Shown here one piece after another: positions 26,796-36,368 of a stretch of 64,000 nt of DNA. Origin of the DNA: Deltaproteobacteria bacterium. Its GTDB lineage: Bacteria; Desulfobacterota; Syntrophorhabdia; Syntrophorhabdales; Syntrophorhabdaceae. Location of the stretch: assembly GCA_029553295.1 (NCBI GenBank), contig JAKPCK010000051.1, positions 4,738-68,737 on the forward strand, in the 5' to 3' direction. The notes beneath the pieces are model-generated. The model made no database searches, was not told the origin of the DNA, and saw nothing but the letters and a program-made list of their open reading frames with translations. The translations under genes were made by a program, and so were the position numbers. Numbering within the stretch: position 1 is the first letter of the stretch; each line of letters opens with the position of its first letter.

Positions 26796-27917
26796 ATGGG
26801 GGAACTATTAGATTATCTTAAATATATGGTGGAAAAGGATGCATCGGATATCTATATAACTGCAGGTCTGCCAGCCATGTTCAGAATCCAGGGTTCTACA
26901 CAGCCATACGATGAACCGCCTTTGACCCCTGAAGATACAGAAAAAATAGCAGACAGCACCATGAATGAAAAGCAGAAAAAGCAGTTTGCCGAGGAGTTAG
27001 AGATGAACCTCGCCCTTTATTATCCTGAACTGGGTAGATTCAGGGTTAATATCTTCCGTCAGAGGGGTTATGCAGGGCTTGTTATAAGGCAGATAAAGAC
27101 TCAGATTAAGACCATAGATGAGATGGGCCTCCCCAGTATCCTGAAGGATATAGTCATGAGCAAGAGGGGGCTTGTACTTGTAGTGGGTGCCACGGGCAGC
27201 GGTAAATCAACAACCCTTGCCTCCATGATTGACCACAGAAACTCCAATGAAAGGGGTCACATAATAACCATAGAAGACCCTGTAGAGTATGTGCATCAGC
27301 ATAAGATGAGTGTGGTTACCCAGAGAGAGGTGGGTTTTGACACCCATTCATTCTACAATGCCCTGAAAAATACACTGAGACAGGCACCGGATGTGATACT
27401 CATAGGCGAGATAAGGGACACAGAGACAATGGAGGACGCCATAACATTCGCCGAGACAGGGCATCTCGCCCTAGGGACACTCCATGCCAACAATGCAAAC
27501 CAGGCCATTGAGAGGATACTGAACTTTTTCCCCATAGAAAAACACCTCCAGATTTATATGCAGCTGTCTCTGAACCTGAGGGCTATTATATCCCAGAGGC
27601 TGATACCCACTGTAGACGGCAAAAGGGTAGCTGCCATAGAGATACTCCTTGACAGCGCTAGGGTAAAAGACCTCATTTTAAGGGGAGAGGTTGGACTCCT
27701 CAAAGAGACCATGGCTGCATCATACAATGAGGGTATGCAGACCTTTGACCAGCACATATTTGAGTTGTATAAGAACGGCATTATTGATTACAACCATGCC
27801 ATAGCAAATGCAGACAGCCCAAATGACCTGAGACTCAAGATAAAGATGGCCGGCATATCCAAGGAAGAGGTGGAGAAAAAAGAACCTGCCTTTAAGCTAA
27901 AGATAGATGGAAAATAA
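26796..27917 (+). CDS. pilU: PilT-family ATPase, PilU-like
   Basis: GATGSGKSTT, IITIEDPVEY and HLALGTLHANNANQAIERI motifs. Lies directly after pilT. Confidence 0.8.
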   Translation: MGELLDYLKYMVEKDASDIYITAGLPAMFRIQGSTQPYDEPPLTPEDTEKIADSTMNEKQKKQFAEELEMNLALYYPELGRFRVNIFRQRGYAGLVIRQIKTQIKTIDEMGLPSILKDIVMSKRGLVLVVGATGSGKSTTLASMIDHRNSNERGHIITIEDPVEYVHQHKMSVVTQREVGFDTHSFYNALKNTLRQAPDVILIGEIRDTETMEDAITFAETGHLALGTLHANNANQAIERILNFFPIEKHLQIYMQLSLNLRAIISQRLIPTVDGKRVAAIEILLDSARVKDLILRGEVGLLKETMAASYNEGMQTFDQHIFELYKNGIIDYNHAIANADSPNDLRLKIKMAGISKEEVEKKEPAFKLKIDGK

Positions 27918-27945
27918 TGTTATAGATTAAAAAAAGGAGAGCAAG

Positions 27946-28320
27946 GTGACATTAAAAGAGGTTAGAGACATACTTGATGCAGAGGTGTTTGTAGGTCATG
28001 ACCAGCTTGATATGGAGGTAAAAACAGCATTTGGCGCTGACCTTATGAGCGATGTCCTGGCGTTTGCCAAGGCAGGGAGTCTTTTGCTGACAGGGCTTAC
28101 AAACCCCCAGATTGTCAGGACATCCGATGTCCTGGATATTGCCGCCATTATTATAGTGCGGGGTAAAAAACCTCTACCAGAGACCATCACACTGGCAGAG
28201 GAATTAAGGATACCATTACTCGGTACAAAATATATACTCTTTGAGACCGCTGGCAGGCTCTATGCCAACGGTATAGTCGGATGTGTGGAAAGGGTCGCAG
28301 AAAAACGTGACTTTTCATAA
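27946..28320 (+). CDS. DRTGG-domain protein
   Basis: 124 aa with GSLLLTGLTNPQIVRTS...AIIIVRGKKP pattern. GTG start preceded by AAGGAG. Confidence 0.65.
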   Translation: MTLKEVRDILDAEVFVGHDQLDMEVKTAFGADLMSDVLAFAKAGSLLLTGLTNPQIVRTSDVLDIAAIIIVRGKKPLPETITLAEELRIPLLGTKYILFETAGRLYANGIVGCVERVAEKRDFS

Positions 28321-28750
28321 AAATCCAGTCTATAAAAGGACATTCCATGTAGAGGGGAAGTCCTTTAAAAATGCAGGAAAGGTATCAAGACAGGTCAAGA
28401 CCCTACTTCAAGATATGAAATTCCCTGCTGATATAGTCAGACGCGCTGCAATAATAACCTATGAGGCAGAGATAAATATATGCTCTTATGCTGATAGGGG
28501 GGAGATAACCCTTGAGGTATCACCTAAGGAGATTATAATCGAATCAAAGGACCAGGGACAGGGTATCGAAGATATTGAATTGGCCATGAGAGAAGGCTAT
28601 TCAACAGCCACTGATAAGATTGTAAGCATGGGCTTCGGTGCCGGGATGGGTCTGTCAAATATGAAACACTTCTCTGATTCCTTTGACATCACATCAGAAG
28701 TAGGGAAAGGAACCTACCTCAAGATGACTATCCGCATAAAAAATCCATAA
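28283..28750 (+). CDS. GHKL-type ATPase, anti-sigma-factor-kinase-like (HATPase_c)
   Basis: YEAEINI (N-box-like), DQGQGIEDIE (G1) and GFGAGMGLSNM (G2). Overlaps the DRTGG gene by 38 nt, so the true start is uncertain. Confidence 0.6.
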   Translation: MWKGSQKNVTFHKNPVYKRTFHVEGKSFKNAGKVSRQVKTLLQDMKFPADIVRRAAIITYEAEINICSYADRGEITLEVSPKEIIIESKDQGQGIEDIELAMREGYSTATDKIVSMGFGAGMGLSNMKHFSDSFDITSEVGKGTYLKMTIRIKNP

Positions 28751-28753
28751 AAC

Positions 28754-29626
28754 CTATCTCAGTTTATGTTTTTTTGCCCACTGGGCAACATATATGGGGC
28801 TCTCAAGGACCTCTACCCCTGCTGCCCTCAGTGCCTCGTGCTTACCATCCACTGTCCCTGAAGAACCACGGACAATAGCCCCTGCATGACCCATACGCTT
28901 CCCCTGAGGGGAATAACGGCCTGCAATATATGCTGCTACAGGTTTTGTCATCTTTCTCGATATGAAACCTGCTGCCTTTTCCTCCTGTTCCCCACCGACC
29001 TCTCCTACTATGATAACAGCATCAGTGCCCTCATCCTCCTGGAAGAGTTCGAGGATATCGGCAAGGTTCCTCAATACCACCGGGTCTGCCCCCATACCCA
29101 CCACTGTGCTCTGACCAACCTTACTCTCAGACAGGATACCTGCAAATTCATATGATAATGTCCCGCTTCTGGATATAATCCCTACCCTGCCTGGTGCAAA
29201 AAGGGATGCAGGCATTATACCCATCTTGCCCTTGCCGGGCACAAGTATCCCAGGCGTTGTGGGACCAAGGGCAAACACACCCCTTTCAAGGGCAAAGCTT
29301 CTCATCTTTACCACATCTCTTACAGGTATATGCTCCGGGACAACAACTATCAGCTTTATGCCCGCCTCTATGGTCTCAAGGAATGCATCAAGGACAAAGG
29401 CTGCCGGGACAAAAAACACAGAGGCATTGGCCCCTGTCTCTCTTACAGCCTCCTCCACGCTATCGAAGACAGGAACTCCCTCCACGGTTGTCCCGCCCTT
29501 TCCCGGTGTTACACCACCCACAACCTTTGTTCCATATTGGAGCATCCAATGGGTCTGGACACTCCCTATACGACCTGTTATGCCCTGGACAATAACACGT
29601 GTTGAATCATCTATCAGTATACTCAT
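28754..29626 (-). CDS. sucD: Succinyl-CoA synthetase alpha subunit (or related ADP-forming acyl-CoA ligase)
   Basis: VIVQGITGRIG, SRSGTLSYE and phosphohistidine loop RMGHAGAIV. Confidence 0.85.
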   Translation of the reverse strand: MSILIDDSTRVIVQGITGRIGSVQTHWMLQYGTKVVGGVTPGKGGTTVEGVPVFDSVEEAVRETGANASVFFVPAAFVLDAFLETIEAGIKLIVVVPEHIPVRDVVKMRSFALERGVFALGPTTPGILVPGKGKMGIMPASLFAPGRVGIISRSGTLSYEFAGILSESKVGQSTVVGMGADPVVLRNLADILELFQEDEGTDAVIIVGEVGGEQEEKAAGFISRKMTKPVAAYIAGRYSPQGKRMGHAGAIVRGSSGTVDGKHEALRAAGVEVLESPIYVAQWAKKHKLR

Positions 29627-29628
29627 GG

Positions 29629-30774
29629 TTAACCTCTCTGCCCGCTTAAAATCTCGTAGAGTTTCTCTATTGCCTTTTCAGTGGCTGCCTCTGTGACTAC
29701 ATGGACACCACCGGACCTGAATATCTCCCAGGTCTCCTCCTGACGGTTGCCCAGTGCCTTGGCAACAATGGGTATCTTCACATTATGCTCTTTTATATAG
29801 CGAACCACCCCCTTTGCACCCTCGTGTATAGGGTTTATACCGCCATATACATTTATGAAAATAGCCTTTAAATCAGGCTTCATCATCACAAGTTCCATGC
29901 ACTTATACAACAAATCAGCTGTTATGCCGCCACCTGTCTCGAGGAAATTTGCAGGTCTCATCTTCTGACCAATTATATCCATAGATGCCATGCCAAGACC
30001 TGCCCCGGAGGATATAAGACCTATATCTCCATCGAGGTCAACATAAGTTACCCCTATCTCCCTTCCGCGACGTTCAAGGGGATTCTCTATCCTCTCTATG
30101 CGATCAGGCAGCGGCAGACGGATCCTCGAAAGGGCTGAATCATCTATCTCAAGGACAGCGTCTACAGCAATCAAACCACCGTTTGGCATGACAACAAGGG
30201 GGTTTATCTCGGCAATCAATGCCTCATAACGGACAGATATATTATACAACTGGCCTATGATATCGGACCAGGTTGTAATGAGTTGCTGTTGAAGTCCGAG
30301 CCTCCTCAAAAGCGTCCTTGCCTGATAGGGGTAATAGCCGAATGAAGGATCTATGTGTATGGCTGCAATCTTCTCCGGCGATGTCTTTGCCGTCTCTTCG
30401 ATGAGCACACCACCCTCTGTGCTCACAAGGATAACTGGCTGTCCTGAATATCCATCGATAGTAATACCCATATATAGTTCTTTTGCAATATCTACCTTTT
30501 CACACACCAGTATCTTTCGGACAGAAAGGCCTTTGATCTCTGATGAAAAGAGCGACTCAGCCGCTTCTTCTAACTCATCGGGATTGGATACAGATTTAAT
30601 ACCCCCTGCCAGCCCCCTTCCGCCAACAAGAACCTGTGCCTTTAAAACAACAGGGTAGCCTATCTCCCCTGCAATACGAATGGCATCATCTACAGTCTCT
30701 GCCACACCACGACGGGGGACAGGTATCCTGTTCTGCTCAAATATATCCAGGGCCTCGTATTCATGCAGTCTCAT
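29629..30774 (-). CDS. sucC: Succinyl-CoA synthetase beta subunit (ATP-grasp)
   Basis: MRLHEYEALDIF start, VVLKAQVLVGGRG motif. Sits 2 nt upstream of sucD. AGGTGA RBS. Confidence 0.85.
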   Translation of the reverse strand: MRLHEYEALDIFEQNRIPVPRRGVAETVDDAIRIAGEIGYPVVLKAQVLVGGRGLAGGIKSVSNPDELEEAAESLFSSEIKGLSVRKILVCEKVDIAKELYMGITIDGYSGQPVILVSTEGGVLIEETAKTSPEKIAAIHIDPSFGYYPYQARTLLRRLGLQQQLITTWSDIIGQLYNISVRYEALIAEINPLVVMPNGGLIAVDAVLEIDDSALSRIRLPLPDRIERIENPLERRGREIGVTYVDLDGDIGLISSGAGLGMASMDIIGQKMRPANFLETGGGITADLLYKCMELVMMKPDLKAIFINVYGGINPIHEGAKGVVRYIKEHNVKIPIVAKALGNRQEETWEIFRSGGVHVVTEAATEKAIEKLYEILSGQRG

Positions 30775-30902
30775 CTCTCATCACCTTCTATTTTCAATTT
30801 TTTCCAATTATAAATTTTTAATCAAAATATGTCAAATAATTAAATTAAAAATTTTTTTTATTTTTTAATTGCATTTTTAATTAAATTTATTTACAATAAA
30901 AC

Positions 30903-31604
30903 ATGACTGATACGAAAATAAAAAAATCCATTAAAAAACAGGAAGATAGCAGCCAGGTAGCATATAACGGCATAAGGCGGATGCTCTACAATAAAGAGAT
31001 TGTCCCAGGTCAGAAGATTGCCTACCGCGACCTTGCAGAGAAGCTAAAATTAAGCCCTACCCCCATTGTCCAGGCACTAAAATGGCTTGAGTTACAGGGT
31101 TTTGTGAGCCATGAACCCAACCGTGGTTTCTACATGACACCCTTCAGCCTCAAAGAATTAGAGGAACTCTACGAATTAAGGGAGCTTGTGGAGCCATCTC
31201 TACTGCCTGCTACGATACAACGAATAACAAAACAGGGACTTGTAGAGCTTAAGGCAGCCCTTGAGGCACACCTCTCTGCAGAAAGGGAGTTCTATCTAAA
31301 GGAGAGGCTCTTTAAAAACAGGGAGTTCCATATGACACTGGCATCGCTGTCCGGCAAAGAGACTCAGATTAGACTCCTCCAGAATGTATTTGACATGCTG
31401 TTTCTCAAATATGGTGGCAATTATTTCCCCATGGCATCTCTGTCCTCAACAGACCAGGAACACCAGGAGATATACGATGCAGTCTCCCTTCGGAGCCTTG
31501 AGAGGGCTCAAAAGGTGCTTAAAAACCATCTAACCAATGTCAAGATACAGGTTCTCACGAGTGTCAAAAAGATGCTTGCCGAACAGGAACAACCCATTTT
31601 TTAA
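30903..31604 (+). CDS. GntR-family transcriptional regulator (FadR/FCD-type C-terminal domain)
   Basis: Winged-helix PGQKIAYRDLAEKLKLSPTPIVQALKWLELQGFV followed by a helical effector domain. Divergent from sucCD and upstream of abfD. Confidence 0.8.
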   Translation: MTDTKIKKSIKKQEDSSQVAYNGIRRMLYNKEIVPGQKIAYRDLAEKLKLSPTPIVQALKWLELQGFVSHEPNRGFYMTPFSLKELEELYELRELVEPSLLPATIQRITKQGLVELKAALEAHLSAEREFYLKERLFKNREFHMTLASLSGKETQIRLLQNVFDMLFLKYGGNYFPMASLSSTDQEHQEIYDAVSLRSLERAQKVLKNHLTNVKIQVLTSVKKMLAEQEQPIF

Positions 31605-31646
31605 GACATAAAATTTTGTAGTAAAAAAATTAAGGAGGTTAGAGAT

Positions 31647-33083
31647 ATGGGACTAAAGACAAAAGAAGAATACATTGAATCACTAAGGGCATTAAAGCCC
31701 ACTGCATATATGTTTGGCCAGCGCCTTACCAATATTGTAGACAACCCCCGTCTCAGGGCCGGGATTGAGGCAACAGGGGCTACCTATGAACTGGCACACA
31801 TGCCGGAATACAGGGACTTGATGGTTACGGTAAGCCCATTGATAAATGAGGAGGTAAATAGATTCACCCTGCCTCCTTCAAGCATTGAAGACCTTGTTGC
31901 AAGGGTAAAGATAAACCGTAAGGTGGCCAACTATGTTGCCACATGCCACCAGAGGTGCACAGGGCTTGACTGTCTATCAACCCTTGCCATTGTCACCTAT
32001 GACATAGACCAGAAATACGGGACAAGCTATAACAAAAACTTTATAGAGTTTTTAAAATATATGCAGAAGAACGACCTTACAGCAAATGCTGGGGTGACAG
32101 ATGTAAAGGGTGACCGCTCCCTTGCCCCCCATGAACAGCCAGACAAGGATATGTTCCTCCATGTGGTGGAAAAAAGAGATGACGGTATTGTCGTTAGGGG
32201 TGCAAAGGCACACCAGACAGGCTCATTATCCTCCCATGAGATTATAGTCCTACCCACAAGGGCTATGGGCAAAAACGATAAAGACTATGCTGTATCCTTT
32301 GCCATACCTTCAGACACAGAAGGGTTAATCCATGTGGTGGGCAGGTCAACCCTTGATATGCGTGAGATAGACGGCTGTGATATAGGCAATATCTACTATT
32401 CAAAATACTGCCCCACCCTCATATTCAATGATGTCTTTGTCCCCTGGAACAGGGTCTTTATGTGCGGTGAGACAGAGTTTGCATCTGAGATGGTAATAAA
32501 ATTCTCCTCATTCCACAGACAGAGTCACGGTGGATGCAAATCAGGAAAGATTGACTGCATGATAGGTACTGCCCTAACATTAATGGACTACAACGGGACA
32601 TCCAAGGCAGGACACCTGAAACAGAAGGTCATTGACATGATTCACAGGGCAGAGACACTCTACGGATGCTGTCTTGCCTCTTCATACGAAGGCAAAAAAC
32701 AACCTTCCGGTAACTACTTTATAGATACTGTCCTTGCCAATGCCTCCAAGATCCATGAAGGAAAAGAGCTTGCCGAGGCCATAAGGCTCATGGTGGATGT
32801 ATGTGGCGGGTTTGTTGCAGATTTACCATCAGACAGGGATTTTTCAAACCCTGAGATAGGCGGGCTTTTGAAAAAATACCTCAAAGGTGTAGATGGTGTC
32901 CCGGTGGAAAACCGTATAAAGATGTACAGGCTCGCAGAGAAGCTTGCCCTTGAAAGCGCAGATACCATATCTGACATCCACGGGGGAGGCTCACCAGAGG
33001 CCCACAGGGTAACAATCTTCCGTGAGACAGATATTGAAAGCAAGAAAAAGGCTGCAAAACGCCTTGCAGGGATTAAAGATTAA
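31647..33083 (+). CDS. abfD: 4-hydroxybutyryl-CoA dehydratase / vinylacetyl-CoA delta-isomerase family protein
   Basis: N-terminal KTKEEYIESLR...YMFGQR pattern. Candidate Fe-S ligands in CHQRCTGLDC and HRQSHGGCKSGK. 478 aa. Confidence 0.8.
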   Translation: MGLKTKEEYIESLRALKPTAYMFGQRLTNIVDNPRLRAGIEATGATYELAHMPEYRDLMVTVSPLINEEVNRFTLPPSSIEDLVARVKINRKVANYVATCHQRCTGLDCLSTLAIVTYDIDQKYGTSYNKNFIEFLKYMQKNDLTANAGVTDVKGDRSLAPHEQPDKDMFLHVVEKRDDGIVVRGAKAHQTGSLSSHEIIVLPTRAMGKNDKDYAVSFAIPSDTEGLIHVVGRSTLDMREIDGCDIGNIYYSKYCPTLIFNDVFVPWNRVFMCGETEFASEMVIKFSSFHRQSHGGCKSGKIDCMIGTALTLMDYNGTSKAGHLKQKVIDMIHRAETLYGCCLASSYEGKKQPSGNYFIDTVLANASKIHEGKELAEAIRLMVDVCGGFVADLPSDRDFSNPEIGGLLKKYLKGVDGVPVENRIKMYRLAEKLALESADTISDIHGGGSPEAHRVTIFRETDIESKKKAAKRLAGIKD

Positions 33084-33116
33084 AACCCAAAATGAGAATA
33101 AAAAATACCTTTTCAA

Positions 33117-33147
33117 AAAGGGCATGTCCATCATGCCCTTTTTTATT
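33117..33147 (+). terminator. Rho-independent terminator after abfD
   Basis: Perfect 10-bp stem aaagggcatg/catgcccttt with a 5-nt loop tccat, followed by a T-run. Confidence 0.7.
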
Positions 33148-33326
33148 GGTGTTTTCCATTGATTACCTCATAGGCCAAATCACACCCTCATAGAGTCGGC
33201 AATTATGGAGTGTCTTTGTAGGGATTTGGATATGGGGATGGAAACAGATGAGGTAAAAAAATGTTTTGATAAACCCCGTGGTAATGGCCTTGTTTGTAAC
33301 GAGAGCATGCCTGTTCACGATTTAAT

Positions 33327-34523
33327 TCAACCCCTTATCTTTTCAAGGTAATCCTCGAGGGTAATGACAGATACATCATCCTTCAAAGGGACAGATTTTT
33401 CTGCAAGGGATAGTATAAATCCATCTGAGAAGGAGAGTCCATTAAAGAGCCTCTTTAGCTTTATAATATTTCCTGCCATTGAGACCCCTGGTGTCTTATT
33501 GAGCTTAATCTCAACAGGGATGAGCTCCTGAAAAGACCTTTCGATAATCAGGTCAACCTCAAGGCCGTTATTTGTCCTGATATAGTATAGAGGCGGTCTC
33601 CTTCCAGTATTGAAGAAGCATTTAACTGTCTCCTGTATACAGAAATTCTCAAACAATGCACTGGACATGGGGCCGTTTATGAGGTGTTCGCTGTTTCTTA
33701 TCCCTGTAAGATAACAGACAAGGCCAGAGTCAAGAAAGTATACCTTGGGGGATTTTGTTATCCGTTTCCCAAGGTTATGGTAATATGGAGGCAGAAGAAA
33801 TACAATCCTTGTTGCCTCAAGTATGGATAGCCAGTTCCTTGCAGTAGGTACGCTGATGCCGATATCATTTGCCAGTTGTGAAAGGTTGAGGACCTGTGAG
33901 CACCTTGCCGCGAGAAGCTGGAGGAAACGCTGAAAATCCCTCAAATTGCCTATATTATAGATGCTTCTCACATCCCTCTCCAGGTATGTCTGGATATATG
34001 AACCATACCATATATTTATATCCATTGAGGAATCCACAACAAGTTCAGGATATGACCCGACAAGACATCCATGGATAAAATAGTCAAGGGTGTCTTTAAA
34101 TCCTACCGCTACTTTTTTTTCATTAACAGAAAATGGCAGCAATTCCAGGAGGGCCACCCTCCCTGCCAGGGAGTCACCGAGATTTTTAATCATGTGGAAC
34201 TGCTGTGAACCTGTAAAGACATAAAGGCCATTTCTATCCCTTGAGCTGTCTATCCTCATCTTGATATAGGAGAGTAGACCGGGTGAATACTGTATCTCAT
34301 CTATAATCACATTTTCCCCTGCTGAATCGAGGAAAAACAGGGGGTCTGATATGGACTGTTCCCTTCTCAACGGGTCATCAAGGGTAATATAGTTATATCC
34401 ATTAAGGGTATTTATGAGGAGCGTGGATTTCCCTGATTGCCTTGGACCTGTGAGCACAATGCTGGGAAAGGTTGCAAGGGCTCTAATAATCTTTTCCTCT
34501 ATCTCGCGATGGATATAGACCAT
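33327..34523 (-). CDS. AAA+ ATPase with DUF4143-like C-terminal domain (COG1373 type)
   Basis: Walker A GPRQSGKST, Walker B VIIDEIQ, and typical N-terminus REIEEKIIRAL. Start set at MVYIHREIE. The ORF-track N-terminal 48 aa is partly a translation of the heptamer array. Confidence 0.8.
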   Translation of the reverse strand: MVYIHREIEEKIIRALATFPSIVLTGPRQSGKSTLLINTLNGYNYITLDDPLRREQSISDPLFFLDSAGENVIIDEIQYSPGLLSYIKMRIDSSRDRNGLYVFTGSQQFHMIKNLGDSLAGRVALLELLPFSVNEKKVAVGFKDTLDYFIHGCLVGSYPELVVDSSMDINIWYGSYIQTYLERDVRSIYNIGNLRDFQRFLQLLAARCSQVLNLSQLANDIGISVPTARNWLSILEATRIVFLLPPYYHNLGKRITKSPKVYFLDSGLVCYLTGIRNSEHLINGPMSSALFENFCIQETVKCFFNTGRRPPLYYIRTNNGLEVDLIIERSFQELIPVEIKLNKTPGVSMAGNIIKLKRLFNGLSFSDGFILSLAEKSVPLKDDVSVITLEDYLEKIRG

Positions 34524-34607
34524 ATAGCCAGTATAATCAGTCAATACGGGATTGTCAATACATATTTTAAATGCCATTTTAAATTTGTATAAATTAAATA
34601 GTAAGGG

Positions 34608-34680
34608 GCGAGGGGTGAGGGGCGATAGGCGATGGGCGAGGGGCGAGGGGCAATAGGCGAGGGGCAATAGGCGAGGGGCG
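34608..34680. repeat. Tandem heptanucleotide array, about 10 units of GCGAGGG / GCGATAG / GCAATAG
   Basis: Read directly: gcgaggg gtgaggg gcgatag gcgatgg gcgaggg gcgaggg gcaatag gcgaggg gcaatag gcgaggg gcg. It shares the unit GCGATAG with the array at 6617. Confidence 0.9.
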
Positions 34681-34811
34681 AATTGTTTCAGGTTTATGAG
34701 TTTAAGGTCGAGGGAGAGTCTTATTTTTAAAATATGACATACAGAAAAATGGGTGTAAAGGAAAAAATGAAATCATTAACGGGCTTCCCACAATTAGTCT
34801 GGTAAATACTT

Positions 34812-36368
34812 CTAAAATCTTTTTCTAAGGGTCTTGATTAAAGATATACCTATTAAAAAAACAAGGCATATAAAAACCAAAAACATGAACCACTCTCCAT
34901 ATCTCGCATAAAAGGTCATGCTATTGGACAGGGAAAAATCACCTTTTACAACAGCATCTTCAAATATAGGGGTTTTAGCCCTTATCCTCCCCCTGTGGTC
35001 TATTATGGCACTTATGCCTGTGTTGGCTGCCCTGATAATGTATCTCTCTGTCTCTATAGCCCTGAATACATAAAAAGAGAGATGCTGATACGGGGCGGAT
35101 GTCCTGTCATACCAGGCATCGTTGGTTATATTGACTAATACCTGGGCGCCTTTTCTCACTGTATCAAGAGATATGTTGGGGAATATGCCTTCATAGCAGA
35201 TTAAAACACCTATATCCCCTGAGGATGTGGGTATGGGCCTATGGGATTTACCCGGAGAAAAACTGCCGCCAGCAGCAGTAATCTTCGATAAAAAGGGTAT
35301 ATAGTCTTTAAGGGGTGTATACTCTCCAAAGGGGACAAGGTGAACCTTATTGTATATCCCTGCTGTTTTACCCTGTTTGTCAAATACATATGCAGAGTTG
35401 TAAAAGATGTCGCCGTCCTCCATGTGGACTGTCCCTAAGAGTATGTCTGTATTTGTAGATACTGCCAGGGATTTTAAGAGTTCATCTATCTGCTTTGCTG
35501 TATTTATTGCAAAGGGCATGGCTGTCTCAGGCCATACAACAAGGCTTGAGCCCCTGCTGTTATTCAGGGTCATCTCGTAGTATTTCTTTACTGTCTTTGC
35601 CTTGAAATATGCATCCCATTTTATGTCCTGTGATATATTACCCTGGATAATGGTCACGTTATGTCGCTTAATGCCCGGACTATCGCTATTTAACCTTATA
35701 AAACCGTATACAATGGACCCTGAGAACAAAACCGCTGTTATGATTATATAATAAAGGGGTATCCTCTTTTTCGACCAGATGGAGTAGAAGATACAGTTTA
35801 TGGCCACTATCATAAAGGATATGAAATAGATGCCTGTTATGGAGGCAACCTGGATAAAGGGGAGGAAGATATGCTGTGAGTAGGCAAGGAGGACCCATGG
35901 GAAACCGGTCAAAAGAAATCCCCTTATATATTCCAGGACAACCCATATAATGGGGGCTGATAGATATATGGGTATGGATAGCCTGGATTCCAGATATGTT
36001 ATGGAATAGCAGAAGACCCCTACATAGAAAGACATATACAGGACAAGGACGATCATAATCAGGATACTGGATACAATATCAAGCCCCCCGTATCTGCTCA
36101 TGGCCACCACAACCCAGTATACTGTCCCCATATAGCCCACCATGCCGGATAGCATACCGGCAAGGAGATTCTGGTAAGGCCTATCTTTTCTAAGAGACAG
36201 AAATAATGGCACAAGGGATATAAATGCCAGGGGAAAAAGGGATATGGGAGGGTGGATCAATATGGTTAGTAACCCGGATAGGATGGGCATCCATATATTA
36301 AATTCAAGGGCAGGCATCTTCAGGCTGACGGATCTCATTTTTCTGGGTTCACCTGAGAGTCTTTTCAC
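34812..36368 (-). CDS. lnt: Apolipoprotein N-acyltransferase
   Basis: Multi-TM N-terminal half. CN-hydrolase half with VVWPETA and LICYEGIFP. GTG start overlaps the ybeY stop. Confidence 0.9.
   Translation of the reverse strand: MKRLSGEPRKMRSVSLKMPALEFNIWMPILSGLLTILIHPPISLFPLAFISLVPLFLSLRKDRPYQNLLAGMLSGMVGYMGTVYWVVVAMSRYGGLDIVSSILIMIVLVLYMSFYVGVFCYSITYLESRLSIPIYLSAPIIWVVLEYIRGFLLTGFPWVLLAYSQHIFLPFIQVASITGIYFISFMIVAINCIFYSIWSKKRIPLYYIIITAVLFSGSIVYGFIRLNSDSPGIKRHNVTIIQGNISQDIKWDAYFKAKTVKKYYEMTLNNSRGSSLVVWPETAMPFAINTAKQIDELLKSLAVSTNTDILLGTVHMEDGDIFYNSAYVFDKQGKTAGIYNKVHLVPFGEYTPLKDYIPFLSKITAAGGSFSPGKSHRPIPTSSGDIGVLICYEGIFPNISLDTVRKGAQVLVNITNDAWYDRTSAPYQHLSFYVFRAIETERYIIRAANTGISAIIDHRGRIRAKTPIFEDAVVKGDFSLSNSMTFYARYGEWFMFLVFICLVFLIGISLIKTLRKRF

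Noticed and set aside
29226-29696. 156-aa and overlapping plus-strand ORFs inside sucD
   Set aside because: They are antisense to sucD, which has the phosphohistidine loop GHAGAI. They are Pro/Ser/Thr-rich shadow frames.
33205-33351. 48-aa Cys-containing small ORF (MECLCRDLDMGMETDEVKKCFDKPRGNGLVCNESMPVHDLIQPLIFSR) between abfD and the ATPase gene
   Set aside because: It has no Shine-Dalgarno sequence. It overlaps the 3' end of the ATPase gene on the other strand, and there is no recognisable family or precursor-peptide context such as an adjacent maturase.
34524-34667. N-terminal 48-aa extension of the DUF4143 ATPase ORF
   Set aside because: The residues MPLAYCPSPLAHRLSPLTPRP are a direct translation of the GC-rich heptamer array. 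The family-typical N-terminus begins at the ATG at 34523.
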